DNA of 64,000 nucleotides from Alphaproteobacteria bacterium (GTDB taxonomy: Bacteria; Pseudomonadota; Alphaproteobacteria; SHWA01). The notes beneath the pieces were generated by a model. It did no database searches and was not told where the DNA came from. It saw only the letters and a list, made by a program, of their open reading frames with translations. The stretch spans positions 6,377-70,376 of the forward strand of contig SHWA01000001.1 in assembly GCA_009693995.1 (NCBI GenBank), read 5' to 3'. This document shows positions 48,842 through 58,445 of this stretch, piece after piece. Positions within the stretch are counted from its first letter, which is position 1. Each line of letters opens with the position of its first letter. A program made the position numbers and the translations under genes.

Positions 48842-49468
48842 TCAGCGGCCCGCGCCGAGCCCGCGTTCAAAATCGCTGAGGCGGGTCTTCGCGGCCGCTT
48901 CCTTCAGCAGGTTGTACATCGGCGCCAGCTGCGGATCGCCGCCCATGACCTTGTCACCGATCTTGGCGGTCCGTGCCATGAACCCCTGGCGGTCCTTATC
49001 GGAGAGGTAGATGACCTCTCCGCCCTTGCTCTTCCATAGACTGATGGCGCGGCGGTCGAAGCGCAGCACCACGTCCTCCATGTAGCGTTCCAGGCTGCGG
49101 CCGACGTCGAGCGCGGTCTTCTGCAGGTCGGCCGGCAGCTTGTCGAAGAACATCTTGCTCATCATCGCCACGTCGGGAATGTGGGTGTCCTCGACCAGGG
49201 TGATGTACTTGGCGACAGCGTAGAACTTGAGCACGGCGAGCACGACGCTGGTGGAACGCACGCTGTCGAGCTGGCCCCGCTGCAAGGCCGGGATCACCTG
49301 GGTCATGTCCATGGGGATCCCAGTCGCGCCGAACTCGGAGGCCACGCCCCGCTCCACGTCGGTCGCCAGCACCCGCATCTTCTTGCCCTTGAAGTCGGCA
49401 AGGGTGGCACCAATCGCGCCGGCCAGGACCAAGCCGCACAGCGTCAGGTATTTTCCAAGTCCAGCCAT
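48842..49468 (-). pseudogene. TRAP transporter substrate-binding protein (DctP family), truncated: signal peptide fused to C-terminal lobe only
   Basis: 208 aa vs ~330 aa for DctP; N-terminal signal MAGLGKYLTLCGLVLAGAIGA then sequence matching only the second half of DctP (…KFYAVAKYITLV…FFDKLPADLQK…). Confidence 0.5.
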
Positions 49469-51253
49469 GACCCAGCCCTCCCTCTGTGATGTTGTCGATC
49501 GCGATCGAAGGCTAGACGACCGGCAGGTCGCGGAGCAGCGGGGAGCCGGGGCTCATGGGGGGCAGGATGACGCTGGCGCACTGGCTGTTCATCCGCGTGC
49601 CGCGTTTCATTGGGGCACGCTGGTGCTGGCGACCGTCGCCGTCACCGGTGCCAATGTGATCGCGCGCTATGTCTTCCGGACACCCTTCTTCTGGGCCGAA
49701 GAACTGCTCACCTACGTGATGATTTCGTTCGTGTTTCTGGGGACCATTCTGGTCACCTGGGACGTCGCCCACCTGAAGATGGACATTCTCTCCCAGCGCC
49801 TGCCACGCCCCTGGAGCACGGTCGTCGGCACCGTGTCGCTCGGGCTCCTGATCGCGGTCTGCGGCTTCATGATGGTGCACCCCCACATCGTCACCGCGAC
49901 CATGTGGCGCTTCGGCAAGAAGAGCGTGGCGGCCAACCTGCCCATGGTGATCCCACACTCGATGCTGCTGATCTGCTTCGTCGGGATGACGGTGGTCGCG
50001 ATCCTGCGCTACCGCCAGATCCTTGCGGCCGACGCCGCGTCCGATTCCGTGACCGAGGCTGAGAAGCGGGACCCGGACCGGCCCGAGATCAGTGTCCAGC
50101 GTGCCCTCGGCCAATTTGCGCGCCACGGTACCCGGAGCGACGCCGTGAGCTGGATCATGCTCCTCCTCCCCCTCGGGCTGCTGGGGCTCGGCTTCCCGAC
50201 CTTCATGATCCTGATCGCCACCTCGATCACGGTCCTCTACCTCTACATGGACGTGCCGGCGGCGGTGGCGCACCAGATCATGTTCGGCAGCGTCGACAAG
50301 CTGGCGCTGCTGGCGGCTCCCTTCTTCATCTTCGCCGGCGAACTGATGACCCAGGGCGGCCTGTCGCGGCGGATTACCGATTGGGTGCAGTCCGTGTTCG
50401 GTGGCGTGCGCGGGAGTTTAGGGATCACCGCCGTTGCGTCCTGCGCCTTCTTCGGCGCCATGTCCGGGTCCGACGCCGCGACCACCGCGGCCATCGGCCA
50501 GGTGCTCTATCGCCCGCTGATGCAGCACGGCTGCACCCCGCGCTTCGCCGCCGGCGTGCTGGTTTCGTCCGGCGACCGGGCGGTGATCATTCCGCCCTCG
50601 ATCGCGATGATTCTCTATGGCGCCTCGGCCGAGCAGTCGGTGGTGAAACTGTTCATGGGCGGCATCTATACCGGCATCTTCGATCCGACCGAGGCCGGCG
50701 CGGTCAGTTGCATCTACGCCGCCCTGGTGACGCGCTTTTACTACCGCGACATCGACTGGTCGGGCGTATGGCACGCGGCGATGCGCACGGCTTATGTCTG
50801 TGCGCAGCTCTTCATCATCATCGCCGCGGCCGGGCTGTATTCGTGGCTGCTGACCATCAGCGGCGTGCCCCAGGCGCTGGTGGCCGTGATCGAGCACCTG
50901 AACGCGGCCCCTTGGCTGGTCCTGCTGGCCATCAACCTGTTCCTGCTGCTGGTCGGCTGCCTGATCGATCCGACCTCGGCCATCATCATCCTGCCCCCCT
51001 CCTGCTGCCCATGATCAAGGCCGCCGGAGTCGACCTGATCCACTTCGGGATCATCATGACCTTGAACCTGGAGATCGGCATGTTCACGCCGCCGTTCGGC
51101 CTCAACATCTTCGTCGGTCAGCCGGACCTCAAGGCACCGCTCGCCGACATCTACCGCGGCGCGGTTCCCTTTATCCTCATCAACATTGTCGCCCTGATGC
51201 TCACGACCTACGTGCCCGACATCTCGCTCTGGCTGGTGCGTACCGTGACTTGA
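49467..51253 (+). pseudogene. TRAP transporter fused small/large permease (DctQM) with -1 frameshift in a C6 run at 50994-50999
   Basis: DctQ-like 4-TM N-domain, linker, DctM domain in one frame to ...SAIIILPP then stop; final ~80 aa (…LLPMIKAAGVDLIHFGIIMTLNLEIGMFTPPFGLNIFV…) in another frame ending 51253; start codon uncertain (ATG 49467 chosen). Confidence 0.6.
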
Positions 51254-51262
51254 AGGCGCAAC

Positions 51263-51880
51263 CGCCCCGTCTACTCGGCCGCCACCCGCGACCGGCCGCC
51301 GCGCTTGCGGCCGCCGTCGGTGCGCCGCGCCTCCCTCTTCAGCAGCTCGGCGACGATGCGGCGGGCCAAGAGCGGCCCGGCGTCGTACTTGATGTCCAAG
51401 GTCGCCGCCGGCGGCGAGCAGGAGCGCAACCACGGCGGCCGATGTGGCGATCCCGGTGCCGACCCCGGCGAAGTGCACCGCGGCGAGATTGCCGTGGCCG
51501 GCCTGGGTCAGGCGGTCCAGCACCAGGGTGGAGGCGAACACCATAACGAAGGCGCTGGCGACGCCGCCGAGGAAGCGGAGCGCGAGAAAGACCGGCAGCG
51601 CCGAGGCCAGGCCCGTGGCCGCCATGGCCAGACCGCTGACCGCGAGGGCCGCCAGCAGCCAGTCGCGGCGGGTTCCGGGCAGGCCGGGGCGCGCCGCCAG
51701 CAGCGCGCCCACCAGATAGCCGAACATGTTGAGGGAGGCGATCAGACCCGCCTTGGCGGCGGTGAGCCCGATGCCCTCGACCATCACCGGCAGGATCGGC
51801 GTGTAGACGAACCGCCCGATGCCGAGGCCGGCCGCCAGGGCGACCAGCCCGCCGAGCGCGAGCCGTGCCGGCTCCCACAT
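51263..51880 (-). pseudogene. MFS transporter (YbfB/YjiJ DUF1228-like) N-terminal half only, with frame change near 51395-51415
   Basis: MWEPARLALGGLVALAAGLGIGRFVYTPILPVM… 6 TM then reading frame degenerates; a third frame gives a plausible short tail (…LDIKYDAGPLLARRIVAELLKRE…) to stop at 51263; expected length ~400 aa. Confidence 0.45.
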
Positions 51881-52011
51881 GGTGCCCGTCCTTCCGCGTT
51901 CGTGGCATTCCTCCCATGGCGCGCGGAGGCGCGCAACCGCCAGCCGGCTTGCCACGGGGACCAGGGCGCGCTACCCGGTGGAGCGGTCGCATGGGGAGGA
52001 GGTGTCCAGCC

Positions 52012-53031
52012 ATGGTGGGGGCCGGCCTGCGTACGCCGATCTGCCGGCGCCTCGGGATCGAGGTGCCGGTGTTCCAGGCCGGCATGGGGTTCGTCGCCCG
52101 CGGGGCGCTCGCCGGCGCCGTATCGGCGGCGGGGGGTCTCGGCGTGATCGGCGCCGGATCCACCATGAGCGCGGCGGAGATGCGGGCCGAGATCCGTACC
52201 GTGCGAAGCCTCACCGACCGGCCGTTCGGCGTCGACGTCCTGTTCGCGACCGTGGGCTCGAGCGGCACCGAGACCGCGCGTTACACCGACACGGTGCAGG
52301 CGATCCTGGAGGTGGTGCTGGAAGAGCGCGTGCCAGTCCTGATCTCCGGCCTCGGCAGCCCGCGCAATGTGGTGCCCGCGGCGCACCAGCGCGGCATCTT
52401 CGTGATGGCGGTGGTCGGCGCGGTGCGCCACGCCGTCAAGGCGGTGGCCGATGGGGTGGACGCGGTGATCGCCTCGGGCGCCGAAGGCGGCGGCCATGTG
52501 GGGCGGGTGGGGACCGCGGTACTGGTGCCGGCCGTGGTGGACGCGGTGCGGGTGCCGGTCCTCGCCGGCGGCGGCCTCGCCGATGGTCGCGGGCTCGCCG
52601 CGGCCCTCGCGCTCGGCGCCGAGGGCGTCTGGATGGGGACCCGGTTCGTCGCGGCCCTGGAGGCCCATGCCCACGCCAACTACAGGAACGCGATCGTCGC
52701 CGCCGACACCACCGGCACCGTCGTCACCCGCGCCCACAGCGGCAAGCCCTGCCGCGTGATCGAGAACGACTACACCCGGCACTGGCAGGCACACGAGGCC
52801 GAAATCCTGCCGTTTCCACTGCAGGCGCTCCGGTTCGGCAACCCGGCTTCCGAGCGCGGTCGGCTGCAGGGCGACGTGGCGAACGGCGTCTTGCCGGCCG
52901 GCCAGGGATGCGGCCTGATCCACGCCGTGAAGCCAGCCGGCGACATCGTCCGCGAGATCGTCGCCGAAGCTGGTGCCGTCCTCGACCGCCTCGCCCGCCT
53001 GCGCGGTCCGACCGGGAGCAGCGAACCATGA
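52012..53031 (+). CDS. Nitronate monooxygenase (NMO / 2-nitropropane dioxygenase family, FMN TIM barrel)
   Basis: 339 aa from ATG 52012 with GGAGGAGG RBS; FQAGMG… and …ASGAEGGGH… motifs. Confidence 0.85.
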   Translation: MVGAGLRTPICRRLGIEVPVFQAGMGFVARGALAGAVSAAGGLGVIGAGSTMSAAEMRAEIRTVRSLTDRPFGVDVLFATVGSSGTETARYTDTVQAILEVVLEERVPVLISGLGSPRNVVPAAHQRGIFVMAVVGAVRHAVKAVADGVDAVIASGAEGGGHVGRVGTAVLVPAVVDAVRVPVLAGGGLADGRGLAAALALGAEGVWMGTRFVAALEAHAHANYRNAIVAADTTGTVVTRAHSGKPCRVIENDYTRHWQAHEAEILPFPLQALRFGNPASERGRLQGDVANGVLPAGQGCGLIHAVKPAGDIVREIVAEAGAVLDRLARLRGPTGSSEP

Positions 53032-53843
53032 GCGACTATTGGATTCCAGCAGACGATCTCGGCCTCAGGGATCGGGTCGCCATCATCGCCGGCGGCGGCG
53101 CGGCGGGAGATGGCATCGGCAACGGCCGCGCCAGCGCCATCCTGCTCGCGCGCGCCGGCGCCCGGGTGCTGGTGGCGGACCGTGAGGTCACGCTCGCTGA
53201 GCGCACCGCAGAGATGATCGCGGCCCACGGCGGTACCGCGGCCGCACACGCCGCCGACGTGACCGACGGCGAGTCGTGCCAAGCCATGGTCGAGACCGCC
53301 CTCGACCGCTTCGGCCGGGTCGATTTCCTGGTCAACAACGTCGGCATCTCGAGCCGCCGGAGCGTGGTCGACGAGGAGCAGGCCGAGTTCCAGCGCGTCA
53401 TGCGCATCAACGTCGAGGGCATGTTCCTGGCCGCCAAGCACGCGATCCCCGCCATGCGCGAAACGGCCGGCGGCGGAGCGATCGTCAATATCGCCTCGAT
53501 CGCGGCGCTGCGCCCGCGCGGCGCCACGGCCTATTCCGCCTCCAAGGGCGCGGTGATCGCCTTGACCCGCGCCATGGCGGTCGATCACGGGCTGGACGGC
53601 ATCCGCGTCAACTGCATCGCACCGGGCCCCGTCTACACGCCCATGGTGATCCGCGGCGGCATGCACCCGGAGGCGCGTGAACGCCGGCGCCGCGCGTCGG
53701 TCATGGGCCGCGAGGGGAGTGGCTGGGACGTCGGCAACGCGGTCCGCTTCCTGCTCTCCGACCATGCCCGCTACATCACCGGGCATACCCTGGTCGTCGA
53801 CGGTGGCACCACCTTGATCGGCCCGGCGCGCCACTATCGCTGA
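53028..53843 (+). CDS. SDR-family oxidoreductase (copy 1)
   Basis: 271 aa; start overlaps NMO stop (ATGA); YSASK catalytic motif. Confidence 0.85.
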   Translation: MSDYWIPADDLGLRDRVAIIAGGGAAGDGIGNGRASAILLARAGARVLVADREVTLAERTAEMIAAHGGTAAAHAADVTDGESCQAMVETALDRFGRVDFLVNNVGISSRRSVVDEEQAEFQRVMRINVEGMFLAAKHAIPAMRETAGGGAIVNIASIAALRPRGATAYSASKGAVIALTRAMAVDHGLDGIRVNCIAPGPVYTPMVIRGGMHPEARERRRRASVMGREGSGWDVGNAVRFLLSDHARYITGHTLVVDGGTTLIGPARHYR

Positions 53844-53869
53844 GCAACTGGAGAGGGGAGAAATCAGCC

Positions 53870-54685
53870 ATGAGCGACTATTGGATTCCGGCCGACGATC
53901 TCGGCCTGAAGGATCGTGTGGCCATCGTCGCCGGCGGCGGCGCGGCGGGAGATGGCATCGGCAACGGCCGCGCGGCGGCGATCCTCTTGGCGCGCTCGGG
54001 CGCGCGGGTGCTGGTCGTGGACCAGGCGGGCGCACTTGCCGAGCGCACTGCCGAGATGATCGCGGCCAAGGGCGGCACCGCGGCAGCGCACGCCGCCGAC
54101 ATGACCGACGCCAAGGCCTGCGAAGCGATGGTGAATGCCACCCTCGACCGATTCGGGCGGGTCGATTTCCTGGTGAACAACATCGGCATCCTGAGCCGCG
54201 GCAACGTGGTCGAGGAATCCCAGGCCGATTTCGAGCGGGTCATGCGCATCAACGTCGAGGCAATGTTCCTGGCGTCCAAGTACGCGATCCCGGCCATGCG
54301 GCGGACCGCCGGCGGCGGCGCGATCGTCAACATCTCGTCGATCTCGGCACTGCGCCCGCGCGGGCTTACGTCCTACGCCACCTCCAAGGGCGCGGTGATC
54401 GCCCTCACCCGCGCCATGGCGGTCGATCACGGACTGGACGGCATCCGCGTCAACTGCATCGCGCCGGGGCCGGTCTACACGCCCCTCGTCTACGCCGCGG
54501 GCATGCCCGCCGCCGCCCGCGAGCGCCGGCGCCTGTCCTCGGTGATGGGTCGGGAAGGAACCGGCTGGGACGTCGGCAACGCGGTACGCTTCCTGCTCTC
54601 CGACCACGCCCGCTACATCACCGGCCACACCCTGGTGGTGGACGGCGGCGCCACCCTGGTCGGTCCGGTGCGCAGCAATCTTTAG
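53870..54685 (+). CDS. SDR-family oxidoreductase (copy 2, tandem duplicate)
   Basis: 271 aa; ~85% identical to copy 1 including identical first 9 residues MSDYWIPAD; YATSK motif. Confidence 0.85.
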   Translation: MSDYWIPADDLGLKDRVAIVAGGGAAGDGIGNGRAAAILLARSGARVLVVDQAGALAERTAEMIAAKGGTAAAHAADMTDAKACEAMVNATLDRFGRVDFLVNNIGILSRGNVVEESQADFERVMRINVEAMFLASKYAIPAMRRTAGGGAIVNISSISALRPRGLTSYATSKGAVIALTRAMAVDHGLDGIRVNCIAPGPVYTPLVYAAGMPAAARERRRLSSVMGREGTGWDVGNAVRFLLSDHARYITGHTLVVDGGATLVGPVRSNL

Positions 54686-54702
54686 ACCAAGGAGCCTCCC
54701 CC

Positions 54703-55266
54703 ATGGCCCGACTGCCCTATCTCGACCGCGCCGACCTCGCGCCCGAGAACCAGGATCTGCTGCCCCGCTCCATCAATCTCTATCGCCTGCTGGCGCACAG
54801 CCCGGGCGCCTCGCGCCATTTCCGCGCCCTCGGCCAGTTCATCCGCCACGGTAGCCGGCTGGATGCGCGCCTGCGCGAACTCGCCATTCTCCAGGTCGGC
54901 TGGCTGACCCGTTCGCCTTACGAGTTCTCCCACCATGTCAAGATCGGCCGCGAGTTTGGGGTCACCGACGCCGACATCCGGGCGATCACCGTGGAGAACG
55001 CGGGGGGCGCGAGTTCGCTCGAACCCCTCGCCCGCACCGTGCTGCGCGCGGCGCGCGAGATGACCCGCGATCTCGCCGTGAGCGAGGCGACACTCGGCGA
55101 ACTGAAGGCCTCCCTCGACCCCGAATGCCTGGTTGATCTCCTGGTGACGATCGCCTTCTACAACGGCGTGGTGCGGCTGCTGGGCAGCCTCGACGTCGAG
55201 GTCGAGCCGGAATATCAGAGCTACCTCGATGAATTTCCTCTGCCGGGAGACGCCTCGCCCCGTTAG
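54703..55266 (+). CDS. Carboxymuconolactone decarboxylase (CMD/AhpD-like) family protein
   Basis: 187 aa; AAGGAG RBS; CMD-fold sequence (…LAILQVGWLTRSPYEFSHHV…). Confidence 0.75.
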   Translation: MARLPYLDRADLAPENQDLLPRSINLYRLLAHSPGASRHFRALGQFIRHGSRLDARLRELAILQVGWLTRSPYEFSHHVKIGREFGVTDADIRAITVENAGGASSLEPLARTVLRAAREMTRDLAVSEATLGELKASLDPECLVDLLVTIAFYNGVVRLLGSLDVEVEPEYQSYLDEFPLPGDASPR

Positions 55267-55314
55267 GATGGGCGCGGCGAGAAAATGGCGCGGAGCCCAA
55301 TCGGGAGTAGCAAA

Positions 55315-56169
55315 ATGCAATTAGGGGTGGGGATCTTCTTCACCGACTATTCGGTCGCGCCCGCGGCGCTGGCCCGGGCGCTGGAAGCGCGCGGCCTGGA
55401 GTCGCTCTGGGTGCCGGAGCACTCGCACATTCCCCTCGGCGGCGCCTCGGCGATGCCGGCGGGTACCGATCTGCCGAAGAAGTACTACGACGTGATGGAC
55501 CCGTTCGTGTGTCTCAGTGTGGCGGCGGCGGTGACGACCAAGCTGCTGCTTGGAACCGGCATCTGCCTCGTGGTGCAGCGCGATCCCATCCAGACCGCGA
55601 AGCTGGTGGCCTCCCTCGACCAGGTCTCGGGCGGGCGATTCCTGTTCGGCGTCGGCAACGGCTGGAACGCCGAGGAGATGGCCGACCACGGCACCGACTT
55701 CAAGACCCGGCACCGCCTCGCCCGCGAGCGCATCCTGGCGATGAAGGAAATCTGGACCCGCTCCAAACCCGAGTTCCGGGGCGAGTTCGTGGACTTTCCG
55801 CCGATGATGACCTGGCCCAAGCCGGTGCAGAAGCCGCACCCGCCGGTGATCGTGGGCGGCGCATTCCCCCAGGGCGCGCGGCGGGCGATCGACTACGGCC
55901 AGGGCTGGATGCCGCACGCGAGCCGCCCGCACTACCCGGACGTGAGCGCGTTCCTGCCCGAATTCCACACCATGGCCCAGGCCGCGGGGCGCGCGCCGGG
56001 CGAGCTGCCGGTAACCATTTGGAGCCCGAAGACCGAGCCGGACACGCTCGCGCGCTGGCGCGACCGGGGCGTCGCCCGTGTCATCGCCGAACTCGACTCG
56101 GCCCAGGAAGACGTCATCCTCCCCACCCTCGACCGCCTGGCCGAATTGCAGCGGCGCCTGCACTCCTGA
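55315..56169 (+). CDS. LLM-class F420/FMN-dependent oxidoreductase (luciferase-like)
   Basis: 284 aa from ATG 55315 with GGGAG RBS; …LESLWVPEHSHIP… luciferase-like motifs. Confidence 0.8.
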   Translation: MQLGVGIFFTDYSVAPAALARALEARGLESLWVPEHSHIPLGGASAMPAGTDLPKKYYDVMDPFVCLSVAAAVTTKLLLGTGICLVVQRDPIQTAKLVASLDQVSGGRFLFGVGNGWNAEEMADHGTDFKTRHRLARERILAMKEIWTRSKPEFRGEFVDFPPMMTWPKPVQKPHPPVIVGGAFPQGARRAIDYGQGWMPHASRPHYPDVSAFLPEFHTMAQAAGRAPGELPVTIWSPKTEPDTLARWRDRGVARVIAELDSAQEDVILPTLDRLAELQRRLHS

Positions 56170-56182
56170 GCACTTAGACCCC

Positions 56183-58234
56183 TCAGGCGAGGGCGGCGAC
56201 TTCCACTCGGTTGTCGTGGAACACGGCGCCGCCGAAGTCTGACGGGCGGCCCGAGGTGGTGGCGTTGGCGTTGGCGCCGTCCGGACGGTGCATCGGCCAA
56301 AAGCCCTTGACGCTGCCGACCACGCCGGGGCGTACCGAGTCCGATACCTCGGCCAGTGCGCGGAACTCGCCCCGGTCGTTGAAGATGCGGACCGGCGTGC
56401 CGTCGGCGAGGCCGCGGCGCGCCGCATCCGCCGGGTTAAGGACCACGCGCAGCTCCCCCTCGCGGCGGCGCTGGATCGCATCGCCGCCGAACACCGAGTT
56501 CAGGAAATTGTGCGACGCCCCGGCGATCAGCGCGAGCGGGTAGCGCTGACCGAGCGCCGCATCCGCCGTCTCGCCGGGCGGGGTGTAGCCGGCGAGCGGA
56601 TCGTGGCCCGCCGCCGCCATGCGCTCGGACCAGAACTCGAGCTTGCCCGAGGGCGAGGGGAAGCCGTCGGCGAGGGGCGCGGCCGGCACGTCGAGCCGAA
56701 CCCAGCCGTCCCGCTGCAGCCGACTGAGCGTGAGGCCCTGGCGGCGCATTTCCGCCGTATCCAGGGCCGTCGCCGCCAGTTCCTGGTCGCTCGCATAGAG
56801 GTCGGGATGGTTCAGCCCGAGCTGCTGGGCGAGGCGGCGGAATACCTCACTGATCGGCAGGCACTCGGCCGGCGGCGCCACCGCCGGTGCGTTCCAGTTC
56901 AGGTAGACATGGCCGTAGGAATAGATCAGGTCCGCGTGCTCCACCGCCATGGTGGCAGGCAGCACGATGTCGGCGTAGGCGGTCGTGTCGGTCGGCACAT
57001 GGTCCACCACCACCGTGAACAGATCGTCCCGCGCCAGGCCGCGGCGCACCGCGTTCTGGTCGGGAACGCTCGCCACCGGGTTGGAGCCGTTGACGAACAG
57101 CGCCTTGACCGGCGGGTCGCGCGCCTCCAACAGGTTCTCGCCCAGGCGCACCATGCTGAGGGTGCGCCGCCCCGGCCGCCCCAGCCGCTCGCCCCAGAGC
57201 CCGTCCCAGTCGAACTGGAAGAAGTAGCGGGTGTCGTAGCCGGCGCCACCGCCGGGATAGCGCCAGTCGCCGGTCACGCCGGGGATGCAGGAGATGGTGC
57301 GGATCGCCATGCCCCCGCCGGCATGGCGCTGGATTCCCTGCGACAGTCGGATGCCGGTCGGGCGGGTGTGCGCCAACCGCCGGCCAAGAGACACGATCTG
57401 CGCGACGGTAAGCCCGGTGATGGCCGCCACGCGCTCCGGCGGAAACTCCTGGATGCGGGCGCGGAACGCCTCCCACCCCAGGGTGTGGCGAGCGATGAAG
57501 TCGCGGTCCTCGGCACCCTCGGCCACCACCACGTGCAGCAGGCCGAGGGCGAGCGCCGCGTCGGTGCCGGGGAGCGGCGCCAGGTGCTCGTCTACGGCGG
57601 CGGCGGTGCGTGTGCGCACCGGATCGATGGCGACCACGTGGGCGCCCTGCCGCCGCGCGCGGTCGATTACCCGCCACAGATGGTGGTGGGTGGAGAGCAC
57701 GTTCGCGCTCCAGAGCAGGATCAGCTTGGCGCGGTCGAGGGTTTCCGGGTCCATCCCGACCCGGTCGTGGCCCAGGGTGTAGCCGGTGCCGATGTTGCCC
57801 GCGTAGGCGCAGATGGTCGTCCCGTGATGGGACGCGCCGAGGGCATTCCAGAGCCGCCGCCCGGCCCCGCCCGAGCCCTGGATCAGGCCCATGTTGCCGG
57901 TGCCGTGGTAGGGCCAGATCGCCTCGCCGCCGAACTGGGCGATGGTTTCCTTCAGCCGCGCCGCGATCTCGACGAGCGCCGCCTCCCACGAGACCCGCTC
58001 GAACCTGCCCGCGCCCTTGGGCCCGACCCGCCGCAGGGGGTGGAGCAGGCGGTTCGGGGTGCGCGTGTAATCGAGATAGTCTTTCATCTTCACGCAGAGG
58101 GCGCCCCGGGTGTAGGGGTGGTCGCGGTCGCCCTCGAGCTTGACCGCCACGCCGTCCCGGACCGTCACGGTCCACGAGCACGTGTCCGGGCAATCCAGGG
58201 GGCAGGCGCCCCGCACCTTTTGCTCAATAGCCAT
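56183..58234 (-). CDS. Molybdopterin-dependent oxidoreductase (DMSO reductase superfamily, N-terminal 4Fe-4S)
   Basis: 683 aa from ATG 58232-58234 (GGAGG RBS); CPLDCPDTCS 4Fe-4S motif; MGD-binding domains; upstream part of 760-aa track ORF is non-coding. Confidence 0.85.
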   Translation of the reverse strand: MAIEQKVRGACPLDCPDTCSWTVTVRDGVAVKLEGDRDHPYTRGALCVKMKDYLDYTRTPNRLLHPLRRVGPKGAGRFERVSWEAALVEIAARLKETIAQFGGEAIWPYHGTGNMGLIQGSGGAGRRLWNALGASHHGTTICAYAGNIGTGYTLGHDRVGMDPETLDRAKLILLWSANVLSTHHHLWRVIDRARRQGAHVVAIDPVRTRTAAAVDEHLAPLPGTDAALALGLLHVVVAEGAEDRDFIARHTLGWEAFRARIQEFPPERVAAITGLTVAQIVSLGRRLAHTRPTGIRLSQGIQRHAGGGMAIRTISCIPGVTGDWRYPGGGAGYDTRYFFQFDWDGLWGERLGRPGRRTLSMVRLGENLLEARDPPVKALFVNGSNPVASVPDQNAVRRGLARDDLFTVVVDHVPTDTTAYADIVLPATMAVEHADLIYSYGHVYLNWNAPAVAPPAECLPISEVFRRLAQQLGLNHPDLYASDQELAATALDTAEMRRQGLTLSRLQRDGWVRLDVPAAPLADGFPSPSGKLEFWSERMAAAGHDPLAGYTPPGETADAALGQRYPLALIAGASHNFLNSVFGGDAIQRRREGELRVVLNPADAARRGLADGTPVRIFNDRGEFRALAEVSDSVRPGVVGSVKGFWPMHRPDGANANATTSGRPSDFGGAVFHDNRVEVAALA

Positions 58235-58445
58235 GACCGACCTCCGCCTCCCCGCAGGTTCCCGGGCGAGGATAGCCGGAATCCCCACCCCTTGTCTCGC
58301 CACCCGGAGGTGTGGCTTTACAGGGCCCCGCCTTCCCGACAGGATGACCATGGCCACGACGCGAACGGGCGTGTCCCGGGCAGGATGCGCGCAGTAAGCG
58401 CAGCACTGGTTGACCGGGCATCCGCGCCCCAGGGGAGAGCTCCCG

